This document shows positions 1 to 9,984 of a stretch of 64,000 bases of DNA, piece by piece. Under the pieces are notes generated by a model. The model was not told where the DNA came from. It saw only the letters and a program-made list of their open reading frames with translations, and searched no databases. Made by a program: the position numbers and the translations under genes. The DNA comes from an uncultured Candidatus Rokubacteria bacterium (GTDB lineage: Bacteria; Methylomirabilota; Methylomirabilia; Rokubacteriales; CSP1-6), in contig CAVVEU010000024.1 in NCBI GenBank assembly GCA_963747235.1, positions 608,001 through 672,000 of the forward strand, given 5' to 3'. Numbering within the stretch: the stretch's first letter is position 1; every line of letters begins with the position of its first letter.

Positions 1-210
1 GCGTGCTGTGCCTCGAGAATGCCTAGGATCACCCCTGCCGTCGTCGCGCTCATGCTAAGACTATGGACGATCTGGACGGAGAGGGGCTAGTGCAATAGGG
101 AACAGTTCCTCCGTTTCCTGCGGTTTGGCGGGCGCATGGCGCGGACGGCGGCCCGGACCCGCCGACGGCCCAACCCGCGGCCTCTTGACCGGAGGTGCTA
201 CCATGCCGGC

Positions 211-1789
211 GTGGACACGTTCACCCCCGACGAGCGGCGTGCTCTGGCGCCCTATTTCACCGAGCTCGACGGCCCCGTCTTCGCCCTCGTCAACCTACCG
301 GAGGTGGTCAAGGGCGCCCTGTTCGCCCGCTACTCCCGCTCCGCCAAGTCCCTGCGGCGACTCTTCCTCGACGAGTTCCTGGAGCAGGCCGAGCTTCCCG
401 CGGGCGCCCGCTCCATCGGGACCACGCGCGCCGACCAGCTCTACGAGCGCGTCTTGAGCGAGTACGGCGACGATTCGGTCGCGCAGCTCGGCGGCGTGCA
501 CCTGGCCTGCGAGGGCGCGTCCAATATCCTGACCAAGGTGCTCGAGTGGGGGCGGCTCATGGCCTATCTCGAGCAATCCACCCGCTACGTGCCCTACACG
601 GACCGGCCGGACGGGCGATGGAAGTATCACGTGCCCGCGGAGCTCGACGGCCACCCGCTGCGCGCGCGCTACGTGGAGACGCTCGATCGCGCGTTCGAGA
701 CCTACGCGCGCTGGATCGATCCGATGCGGGAGTACTGGACGCGGCGCGTTCCCCAAGCCCGCCGCGGACAGCGACGCCGCGTACCGCATGACGATCCGGG
801 CCAAGGCGCTCGACAGTCTGCGCGGGCTCCTGCCCGCGGCCACGCGGTCGAACGTGGGCATCTTCGGCACCGGCCAGGGCTACGAAGCCCTCCTGCTCCG
901 CATGCGCGCGCACCCGCTGCGCGAGGTCCGCGACTACGCCGATCTCATGCTCGTCGAGCTGCGCAAGGTCATCCCCGCCTTCCTGAAGCGCCTGGAGCGC
1001 CCGGAGCGGGGCGGGGTCTGGTCGCGCTATCTGGCCGAGAACGCCGAGGCCGTCGCGGCGGTGGCGGCCCGCGTGCTCGACGGCATCGAGCCCGAGTCCC
1101 GGCCGGAGGTCACGCTCACCGACTGGGATCCGGACGGCGAGGTGAAGGTGATCGCGGCCGCGCTCTACGCGGCCTCCCGCCTGCCGGACGACCAGCTCCT
1201 GGCGGTGGCGCGCAAGCTCGGCCCCGAGGAGCGGCGCCAGGTCCTGGAGGCCTACGTCGGCCGGCGGGAGAACCGGCGCCACAAGCCCGGGCGCGCCTTC
1301 GAGCGCACCGTCTATCGCTTCGACGTGCTCGGCGACTACGGCGCCTTCCGGGACCTGCAGCGGCACCGGCTGCTCACCCTCGAGTGGCAGCCGCTCTCGA
1401 CCCGGCACGGCCACGTGACACCGGACGAGCTCGGCGACGCGGGCGTGCTTCCGGAGTGGACGCGCGTGATGGAGGACTCCGCCGCGCTCCACGACGCGCT
1501 GGCCGCCGAGACGCCCGCGGTCGCGCCGTACGCGGTGGCCATGGCCTACCGCGTGCGCTTCTACATGGAGCTGAACGCGCGCGAGGCGATGCACATGATC
1601 GAGCTGCGCACCGCGCCGCAGGGGCATCCGGCCTACCGGCGCATCTGCCAGGCGATGCACCGTCTCATCGCGGAGCAGGCCGGGCATCGGGCGCTCGCGG
1701 CGGCCATGCGCCACGCGGATCACTCGGGCGCGGAGGGCGGCCGGCTCGACGCGGAGCGCGCCGCGGAGCAGCGGCGCGGGAAGAGCTGA
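211..1789 (+). CDS. thyX: FAD-dependent thymidylate synthase, tandem two-domain ThyX; apparent frameshift near 755
   Basis: ALFARYSRS, YGDDSVAQL and EQSTRY in ORF 136..1830 continue in ORF 788..1789 as LRGLLPAATRSN, DYGAFRDLQRHR, NAREAMHMIELRTAPQGHPAYR. Start could be GTG 211 or ATG 203 with an indel. Confidence 0.85.
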
Positions 1790-1817
1790 CCGGCGGCGGG
1801 GTCCCGCCCGCCCGGTC
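1788..1817. terminator. GC-rich imperfect hairpin between convergent genes
   Basis: gaccggcggcggg...cccgcccgcccggtc spans the gap between the two stop codons; no U-tract. Confidence 0.45.
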
Positions 1818-4800
1818 TACTGCCCGCTGATCGTGACCCGCGTGGTCGCGCCGTCCACCCGGACCGCGGCGGCGCCGGCGGCGATGGACACGGTGTTGCC
1901 GGCCGCGTTCTTGATCGGGTTCGTGATGGACACGTTGGCGGCCAGCGCGCCTCCGGAGAGCCGCACCGGGATGCCGCCGATGATCGTGCAGGGGCACAGC
2001 GTGTTGCTCACGCGTGACCGTGCTGCCGGACCCGCCGAAGGAGAGCAGCGCCCCGCTGATGTTGACCACCGAGCCGCCCGCCGCGAAGAGCAGGGTTCCG
2101 CCGGTGACCGAGATCAGGCTGCCGTTGGCCACGCTCAGGAGATTGCCGGTCACGCCGAGATAGCTGCCGCCCGCCACGTTGACCAGCGAGGCGTTGGTGA
2201 CGGTGATCCGGCTGCCGTCGAGCGCGATGACCGGCGCGGTCGCGTTCAGCTTCGCCCGCGAGGTCAGGTCGATCGCGTTGCTGGTCGTGGTGAGCCCGCC
2301 CGCCACCGCGCCGTTGTTCCGCAGGCTCAGCAGCGGCGCGCTGGCCTGGAGCAGAGCCACGTCCAGGCGCACCGCCCGCTGGGTGGTCGCGGTGGCGCCG
2401 ACCGACTCGAACAGGGAGCCGGCGGCCTGGATCGGCTCCTCGGTGCCGAGCAGCAGCCCGCTCACCGGATCGATCGCGGTGGCGGTGCCGGAGAGCCGGT
2501 AGATGTTGCCGGCCGCGCCGAACTGGTGGGTGCCGCCGGTGAGCGAGAGCAGCGGCGCGCTCGAGCCGATCACCACGACGCGCCCGCCGCCCAGGGCCCG
2601 CACGAAGTCGCCTACCGCGGTGATGTCGGTGCCGGTCGTGTCGAGGAGGCCACCCGCGAGGGTCGCGGTGCCCGCGGTGTTCACCAGGACCGCGCTGGTC
2701 GCCGCGCCGAGCGTGAGCGAGCCGCCCGAGAGGCTGAGGAGGCGCGTGGTCGTCGCGTCGGTCAGCGTCCCGCTGGTGGACACCTCGACCAGCGCGTTCC
2801 CGGTGAGCGAGAGCGCGGTGCCGGTGGCGCTCAGCACCGGGCCGGCCAGGGCGGCCTGCGATCCCACGCCGTTCACCACGAAGAGCTGATCGCCCGCCGC
2901 GTTGCCGATGTTGACGGTGCCGGCGGAGAAGGCGAGCAGCGGCCCCGCGCCCGTGTCGGTGAGCCGGCCGCCCGACGTGATGCTGACGAGATCGTCGGTC
3001 AGGGTCAGGGTGCCGCCGGTGCGGCTGAGCGCGGGGCCGTTCAAGGCTGAGCCGGCCGTTCGCGGTGGAGACCAGCACGCCGCTGCGCGCCGCGACCGCG
3101 CCGCCGCTCGAGATCGAGCAGCGCGGCGGTGCCGGTGTCGGTGAGCGTGCCCGAGACGCTCACGAGGTCGCCGGTCGTGGTCACTCCGGTATTGGTGGTG
3201 CGCAGCAGGCTGCCCGCGATCTGGCTGGCGCCGGTCGAGCTGAAGACGAAGCCGGTCGCGTTGCCGAGGGCGAGCGAGCCGTCCGACAGCGCGGCGAGCG
3301 GGGCGGCGCCGCTCGCGGAGAGCACCGCGCCGGTGGAAACGTCCACGAGGGACGAGCCGGTGAGGGTGAAGGCGGTGGTGGAGGCATCGAGCAGGCCCCC
3401 GGCCAGGGTGGCGGTCGAGCCCGCGCCGGTGAGCTGGAAGAGCTGGTCGCCGGAGCCGTTGCCGACGTTCACCGTCGCGCCCGAGAAGCCGAGCAGCGCG
3501 CCGGCCCCCGCGCTCGTGAGGCGGCCGCCCGCGGAGATGTTGACGAGATCGTCGGTCACGGTCAGAGTGCCGCCGGCGCGGCCGAGCGCGGGCCCGTTCA
3601 GGCCGAGCTGACCGCTCGCCGACGAGAGCGCGAGGCCGTTGCGCGCCGAGACCGCGCCGCCGGTGAGGTCGAGCAGCGCGGCGGTGCCGGTGTCGGTGAG
3701 CGACCCGGACACGGTCACGAGGTTGCCGGTGGTGGTGACGTCGGCGCCGGTGGTGCGGAGCAGGCTCCCGCCGACCGTGCTGGGGCTGGTCGAGCTCACG
3801 AGGAAGCCGGTGCCGCCGCCCAGGTTCAGCGTGCCGCCCGAGAGGGCGGTGAGCGGCGCCGCGGCGGGCGCGGTGAGCGTCGCGCCGCTCGAGACCTCGA
3901 CGAAGGACGCGCCGGTCAGCGTGAACGTGGTCGCGGAGGCGTCGAGCAGCGCACCGGCCAGCGTCGCCGCCGATCCGGCTCCGGTGACCACGAAGAGCTG
4001 GTCGCCGCTGCCCACATTGACGGTGGCGCCCGAGAAGCCGAGCAGCGCGCCGGTCCCCGCGCTCGTGAGCCGCGCGCCCCCGGAGATGTTGAAGAGATCG
4101 TCGGTGGTGGCCAGGGTGCCCCCCGAGCGGGCGAGCGCGGGGCCATTCAGGGTGAGCCGGCCGTTCACGGTGGAGACCAGGACGCCATTGCGGGCCGCCA
4201 CCGCGCCGCCGTCGAGATCGAGCAGCGGCGCCGTGCCGGTGTCGGTGAGTGTGCCCGACACGCTGACGAGGTCGCCGGTGGTGGTGATGCCGGTACTGGT
4301 GGTGCGCAGCAGGCTGCCCGCGATCTGGCTGGCCCCGGTCGAGCTGATGGCGAAGCCGGTCGCGCTGCCGAGGGCGAGCGAGCCGCCCGACAGCGTGGCG
4401 AGCGGGCCGGCGCCGGTCGCGGTGAGGACCGCGCCGGTGGAGACGTCCACGAGGGACGAGCCGGTGAGGGTGAAGGCCGTATTGGAGCTCTCGAGCAGCC
4501 CGGCGCCGAGCGTCGCGGCCGAGCCGGCGCCGGTGAGCTGGAAGAGCTGGTCGCCGCTGCCGTTGCCCGCGTTGACGGTGGTGTCCGTGAAGCGCAGCAG
4601 CGCGTTGGCGCCGCCCGCGACGAGCCGCCCGCCCGCCGAGACGTTCAGGAGGTCGTCGGTCGTGACGAGCGTGTTGCCGGCGCCGGACCGGTCCAGGAAC
4701 GCGCCGCCCAGCGTGAGCACGCCCGTCGCCGACGACACCACGCCCAGGTTCCGCGCGCGCACGTCGCCGCCGCTCAGCGAGAGGAGCGGGGTGGCGGTCG

Positions 4801-6388
4801 TGCTCGTGAGCGGACCGGACACGCTCAGGAGATTGCCGGGCGCCGCGATCCCCGCGTTGATGTCGGTGCCGCTCGTGGAGAGCAGGCCGCCGCCCAGCGT
4901 GGACGCGGTCGTCGAGCTGAACAGGAAGCCGGTGGCCGCGCCATTCAGCACCAGCGCGCCGCCGGTCAGGTTGACCAGGCTGGCGCCGGCCACATCCAGC
5001 GCCGCGCCCGTCGTCACCTCGACCAGGGAGGTGCCGGTGAGGCTCACGGTGGAGCCGGTCGCGTCGAGGAGCGCGCCCCCGAGGCTGAGCCGCGAGCCCG
5101 CCCCGGTCAGCTCCAGCAGCCGGTCGCCCGTCCCGTTGCCGACGCCGAGCGTGGCGCCCGAGAGGCTGAGGAGGGGCGCGTCCGCGGGTCCGACGAGGCG
5201 GCCACCGCCGGTGACCCGGAGGAGATCGTCGGTGGTGGTGGCGCCGCCGCCCACGGCCTCGAGGAGCGGGCCGCCGGTCAGCGTCAGGCTCCCGGTCTGG
5301 ACCAGCGCCAGCGTGCGCGAGGCCAGCGTGCTCGACTGCAGCGCGACGAACGGGCCCGCCGCGCCGGCGGTGAGGGTGCCGGTGACGTCCACGACTTCAT
5401 TGGTGACCGTGACCGTGCTGCCGGTCGCGCTCGCGAGGCTCGAGGCGAGCGTGCTGGTGGCCGCGGCCGGCACGTTGAGGAGATCGCCCGTGACGGTGGC
5501 GGTCTGGTTGGTCCAGCTCTGGATCGGCGGCGGCGGGGGCGTCACCGGAACCGCGGCCATCGCGGGAGTGCCTGGCACGACGGGTGACGTCACCGGCGCC
5601 TGCGTCGGGCTCTGCATGCCGGCCGCGGTCTGGGGGACCGGCGCGTCGGTCACCGCGAGCATCTCGACCTGGTCGCCGCCGGTGCCGTCGCCGCTGATCA
5701 GCCGCGCCAGCAGCACCGCCTTCGCCTGCTCCTGGGCCACCACCTCTGCGGGCGCGCTGAGCTCCGCCACGCGGAGGCTCAGGTAGTCGGCGGTGAGCCG
5801 ATCGCGGGTGGCGTCGTCCAGGCCGCGCGGGGTGCCGACCACGGACCCGGTGACGGTCAGGCTGGCGGGCGCCTGCAGCCGCTGCCACGCGGTCGGGTTG
5901 GCGTGGGCAGCCACGTCGAGCGCCCCGGTCAGGACGTGGAAGTGCGTGACCGCGCCCTGTGTCTCGACGACGATCGTGGTGCCGCGTACCGCGGCCACCG
6001 CGTTCGGCGTGCGGACCAGGACCGTCTCGCCCGGGCGTAGCCGGGACCGCGCGACGCTGAACGCGATGCCGCCGGCCTTCAGATCCACCGCCGCCTGGGT
6101 CGCGTCTTCCGTGATGCGCAGGACCGACAGCTCGCGGACCGTCAGCACCGCCTTGCGCTCGAGCAGCATGCGCACGAAGGAGCGCTCGGCGGTCCGGATC
6201 GTGTCCGCGCCGAAGACACCGTCCTTGAACCGCAGCGGGGTGGGGGTCTCGCCGGGGGCGCTGGCCGTCCGGGTCGCCCGGCCGGCCAGGGTGGTGACCA
6301 CGCCGACCGGCTCCTGGGCCATTCCGAGGCCCGGGCAGGCCAGGAGGGCCACGCCGACTGCCAGTGCCCATCGCCGCACGGTGCTCAT
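1817..6388 (-). CDS. Secreted FecR-domain protein with a long G/T/S/A/L-rich repeat region (probable beta-helix), about 1,520 aa; apparent frameshifts near 3110, 3045 and 2010
   Basis: Signal peptide (MSTVRRWALAVG...GMAQE), FecR-like VGVVTTLAG...DTIRT...VRTPNAVAAVRGT, Pro-rich linker, then repeats running through ORFs 3041..6406, 1665..3044 and 1817..2011. Confidence 0.75.
2700..5250 (-). repeat. About 5 intragenic tandem repeats of ~550-570 nt (~185 aa)
   Basis: GD(Q/R)L(F/L)xxxG motif recurs near 5120, 4548, 3997, 3440 and 2885; gtgcgcagcaggctgcccgcgatctggctggc occurs at ~3198 and ~4302. Confidence 0.85.
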
Positions 6389-6402
6389 GCGTCCCTCTTT
6401 AC

Positions 6403-6417
6403 GCAACGTCTGTGCCG
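6403..6417 (-). promoter_or_regulatory. sigma54 (-24/-12) promoter of the FecR-domain gene
   Basis: Minus strand CGGCAC-AGACG-TTGC (GG-N10-GC), 14 nt before the ATG at 6388; IHF-like TTTCAAtatcTTG at 6423-6435. Confidence 0.7.
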
Positions 6418-6640
6418 AGACTCAAGATATTGAAATCATGGAGATCTGAGTCCGAGGATCGAGCGAGAAAACCCTCACTTCCTGAGGTGTCAGCCACAAA
6501 TTTCGATGGAGGGGCGCTATGGTGACGCCACCATGTTCGGCGACCTGACACCAGGGGCCACGCCCAGGTCGCCGGGCGCAGGCGTTCCGCAAGAGCCTGG
6601 AAAATATGACGATCGGGCCGACGCGATGCGGTGGCCTCCG

Positions 6641-6655
6641 TGGCACCCGGGTTGC
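6641..6655 (+). promoter_or_regulatory. sigma54 (-24/-12) promoter
   Basis: Exact TGGCAC-CCGGG-TTGC, 13 nt before the ATG at 6669. Confidence 0.75.
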
Positions 6656-6668
6656 CTTGCTAGGGGGT

Positions 6669-6992
6669 ATGGCAACGAAGGGGATCCGGGCGGTGATCGC
6701 GGGAATCGGACTGGCGCTGGCCTCCACGGGGTGCGCGAGCCACGGCCCGTACCTCAGCACGGGGCAGACCCAGCTCGGCGGTTCTCCCCACCAGATCGGC
6801 CCGGTCACGGTGGTGATCCGTCCGCAGCCCGAGGTGGAGATGATCTGCCGGCTCCGGAGCCCGCAATCGGCGCCCACCGGCCGGATCCACGGCTGCTACG
6901 TGCCCGCCGACCGGACGATCATCTCGACCGCGGACCCGTACGTGCTGATGCACGAGTTCAAGCACCACTTCGAAGGCGCCTGGCACCAGTAG
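6669..6992 (+). CDS. Small lipoprotein with HExxH zincin motif (107 aa)
   Basis: Lipobox-like LASTG-C, C-terminal VLMHEFKHHF, two further Cys. Confidence 0.65.
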   Translation: MATKGIRAVIAGIGLALASTGCASHGPYLSTGQTQLGGSPHQIGPVTVVIRPQPEVEMICRLRSPQSAPTGRIHGCYVPADRTIISTADPYVLMHEFKHHFEGAWHQ

Positions 6993-7014
6993 TCCCCGCT
7001 TCCCGCCCGGTCGC

Positions 7015-7043
7015 TTGACGCGGCCGCGGTCCCGCCGCATACT
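7015..7043 (+). promoter_or_regulatory. sigma70-type promoter
   Basis: TTGACG-N17-CATACT. Confidence 0.7.
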
Positions 7044-7052
7044 CCGAACCGG

Positions 7053-7076
7053 ATAATTGGTCGACCGACCAATTAT
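7053..7076. promoter_or_regulatory. Probable TetR operator
   Basis: Perfect 11-bp inverted repeat ATAATTGGTCG-ac-CGACCAATTAT just downstream of the -10 box. Confidence 0.75.
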
Positions 7077-7106
7077 AGTCGTCCGGCACATGAACGGAGG
7101 CGCGGC

Positions 7107-7715
7107 GTGTCCCCCAAGCTCGGCATGGCCCCGGTGCGACGCGAGCAGATCGTCCGCGCCACCATCCGATGCCTCGCCCGCGATGGCTACGCCGGTCTCA
7201 CCATGAAGCGCGTGGCCGCCGAGGCGGCGGTGAGCCAGGGCATCCTCCACTACTACTTCCGCGACAAGGCGGCGATGCTGGCCGCGGCGGCCCGCCGCGT
7301 GACCGTCGACCTCGACCGTCGCGTCGCCACCGAGTCGCGCGGGGCCCGGACCGCGCGGGAGCGGCTGCGCGCCGTCATCCGCGCGTGCCTGCGCACCGCG
7401 GCGGACAATCGCGATTTCTGGACCGTGTTCATCGAGTTCTGGGGCGAGGCCTTCCACGAGCGGCGGCTGGCCGCGGTCAACCGGCAGGCGTACGCGCGCG
7501 CCCGGCGCCTCATCGCCGGGGGCCTGGCCCGGGGCGTCGCGGCCGGCGAGTTTCGCCGGATCAACGTGGAGGACGCCGCGGTGGTGGTGCTGGCCGTCCT
7601 CGACGGCCTCTCGCTCCAGCTCACGTTCGACCACGGATTGATGACGGTGCCGCGCGCGGCGCGCGTCGCCGAGACCGTGCTCTTCCGTTACCTCGCCAAT
7701 GGAGACCCGACATGA
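7107..7715 (+). CDS. TetR/BetI-like transcriptional regulator
   Basis: RREQIVRA...LTMKRVAAEAAVSQGILHYYFRDK helix-turn-helix. Confidence 0.9.
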   Translation: MSPKLGMAPVRREQIVRATIRCLARDGYAGLTMKRVAAEAAVSQGILHYYFRDKAAMLAAAARRVTVDLDRRVATESRGARTARERLRAVIRACLRTAADNRDFWTVFIEFWGEAFHERRLAAVNRQAYARARRLIAGGLARGVAAGEFRRINVEDAAVVVLAVLDGLSLQLTFDHGLMTVPRAARVAETVLFRYLANGDPT

Positions 7716-8299
7716 CCATGCCGCCCGAACACGCGAAAGCCAAGGCCTACCTGCTCGAGCAGGGCACCCGGGCCCCCGTCGCCCAGATCCGCGAGCGCGT
7801 CGCCGACGCCTTCGCCGCACTGGAGAGCCTGCTGGACGGTGTCACGGAGAGCCAGGCTCACCGGGCGCCCGGCGCCGGCGAATGGAGCGTGCACGAGATC
7901 CTGGACCACCTGGTGGCGACGCATCCGCTGGCGCTCGCGGAGATGCGCGCGCTGCTCGAGGGCCGCCACTCGCCGGTGAGCCCCATTCCGGCCGGGCTCC
8001 AGTCCGCCGACCCCGCCGCGCGACGGTGGGACGACCTGCGGGGCGAGCTGCGGCGCCTCCACGCGGACGTGCTCGACGTCCTGGGGAAGGCGCCCGACCG
8101 CATGACGGACGTGCGCGCGCCCATCATCATGGTGATCAACACGCGGCAGGCCGACGGTCGCGTGAAGGCGATGGAGTGGGTCGAGGAGTGCGACTGGAAG
8201 GCCTGCGCCATCATCTTCCGGCTCCACGAGCTCGATCATCTGGGCCAGGCGAGACGGGCGCTCCGCGCCCTCGCGGCCCGCCGCGACGCCACAGATTGA
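7712..8299 (+). CDS. DinB family protein
   Basis: PGAGEWSVHEILDHL and HELDH motifs; ATGA overlap with the TetR gene. Confidence 0.8.
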   Translation: MTMPPEHAKAKAYLLEQGTRAPVAQIRERVADAFAALESLLDGVTESQAHRAPGAGEWSVHEILDHLVATHPLALAEMRALLEGRHSPVSPIPAGLQSADPAARRWDDLRGELRRLHADVLDVLGKAPDRMTDVRAPIIMVINTRQADGRVKAMEWVEECDWKACAIIFRLHELDHLGQARRALRALAARRDATD

Positions 8300-8321
8300 C
8301 GCGCCGTGTAAACTTCACGAT

Positions 8322-8794
8322 ATGAGCCGCCGGGGCCGATTCGGAATCGGGGCGCTCCTGCTGACCGCCGTCCTGTGGGCGGGCGCGGCCCAGGCGACGG
8401 ACTTGCCGGAGCCGACCCTGCATCTCATTCCCGATCTCCGCCTCTCGATCAGCGAGGTGCCCGGCGAGGTGTCGGTGCGGCTGCCCCTGGCCGCGGACAG
8501 CCACGTGCTCTACGGGCTCCTGAGCCCCTACGTCTCGCTGGGCTCGAGCACGAGCCTGGGCGTGCCGTGGGCCGCCTCGCTGCCGCCGGGTCTCCGGCGC
8601 GACACCGACGGGCTCGAGGACGTGCGGCTGGGCGCGGGGATGGCGGTGCCGCTGTCGGGGCGCGCCCAGCTCTACGGGGAGTACCGCTTCCTGCGCGGCC
8701 GCCTCGACGCGGGCGTCGGGCGCGGCCTGCTCCAGCGCGAGCCGGACTCCGCGGATTTCCGGGCCGGCTTCTCGATCCGGCTCAACTCGACTAG
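8322..8794 (+). CDS. Secreted protein, possible small outer-membrane beta-barrel; 3' end frame uncertain
   Basis: Signal peptide; PYVSLG, LGAGMAVPL, LYGEYRF and FRAGFSIRL strands; the ORF runs into the convergent gene unless there is an indel before TAG 8792. Confidence 0.55.
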
Positions 8795-9984
8795 CCCTTC
8801 GCGAACTCGTCCTTCGCCTTCCGGAGCTGCTGCGGCTCGGCCAGCAGGTCGAGCGCGGTCATCGCCAGCGCCTTCGCCGCCGCCACCATGCCGGTCCGCG
8901 CCAGCGGTGACTTGGCCCACTCCGCGAACTCGCGCGAGTGGCCCGGCACCCCGTCGGGGGAGATACGGATGTAGGGGTGGATCGTCGGCAGCGCCTGGCT
9001 CACGTTGCCGCAGTCGGTCGAGCCGTATCCCGCCTCGCCGTCGTCCGGGTCCACCGGGAAGTCGATCCGCTCGAGGTTCCGCGCGAAGAGCTCGGCCATC
9101 GCGAAGTTGGCCTTCAGCGGATCGTGGATGATCGCGTCCGCGGTGACCTTCACCGTGCAGCCGGTGGCGGTGGCCGCGCCCTCCGCGGCCGCCTCGAAGC
9201 GGCGCAGCAGCTCGCGGCAGTAGTCCTTCGTCGGCGCGCGCAGGTAGAACTCCGACGCGGTGTGCTCCGGGATGATGTTGGCCTGGTCGCCGCCCTTGGT
9301 GATGATCCCGTGCACGCGCGCGTCCGGGCGGAGCTGCTGCCGCATGGCGTCCAGCGAGACGAAGAGCTGGATCATCGCGTTCAGCGCGTTCACCCCGCGC
9401 CAGGGCCAGGAGGAGGCGTGCGAGGCCCGGCCGAAGAACTCGCACTTGACCTTGATGATCCCCAGGCTCGGCCGCCAGACCTGGGTGCCGCAGCGGCCGT
9501 GGATCATCATGGCCGCGTCCACGTCCTTGAAGACGCCCGCGTCCATCAGGCGCACCTTGCCCGCGCCGCCTTCCTCGGCCGGCGTGCCGATCACCTGGAT
9601 GCGGCCCGGGAAGGGCAGGGTGGTCAGCGCGGCCGCGATGGCGGCGCCCGCGCCGGTGCCCGCGGTGGCGATCACGTTGTGGCCGCACGCGTGGCCGATG
9701 TTCGGCAGCGCGTCGTACTCGGCCATGATCGCGACGGTCGGCCCCGGGCCCTGGCCCGCGATGGTGGCGCGGAACGCGGTGGGCAGCCCGCCGACGCCGC
9801 GCTCGACCGCGGCCCCCTGCCTGGCGAGGAAGTCGGCGAGCCAGGCGGAGGCCTTGTGCTCCTCGAAGCACAGCTCGGGGTTGGCGTGGATCTGGAGGCT
9901 GATCCGCTCGAGCTCGTCGGCGAGCCGGTCCACCGTCTCGGCGACGCGGTTCTTGGCCTGCTCCAGGACGGTCGGGGCGGCCAC
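8791..9984 (-). CDS. M20 family amidohydrolase (AbgB/ACY1L2-like)
   Basis: HANPEL, EYDALP, HACGHN, GTPAEE, GSTDCGNVS, GHSREF. Confidence 0.9.
   Translation of the reverse strand: MAAPTVLEQAKNRVAETVDRLADELERISLQIHANPELCFEEHKASAWLADFLARQGAAVERGVGGLPTAFRATIAGQGPGPTVAIMAEYDALPNIGHACGHNVIATAGTGAGAAIAAALTTLPFPGRIQVIGTPAEEGGAGKVRLMDAGVFKDVDAAMMIHGRCGTQVWRPSLGIIKVKCEFFGRASHASSWPWRGVNALNAMIQLFVSLDAMRQQLRPDARVHGIITKGGDQANIIPEHTASEFYLRAPTKDYCRELLRRFEAAAEGAATATGCTVKVTADAIIHDPLKANFAMAELFARNLERIDFPVDPDDGEAGYGSTDCGNVSQALPTIHPYIRISPDGVPGHSREFAEWAKSPLARTGMVAAAKALAMTALDLLAEPQQLRKAKDEFAKG

Noticed and set aside
1-53. Partial minus-strand CDS starting at ATG 53
   Set aside because: Only 17 codons visible; cannot be supported.
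2700-5250. CRISPR array or DGR template/variable repeat
   Set aside because: Repeats are long, coding and in frame, differ at all base types, and no cas or reverse transcriptase gene is present.
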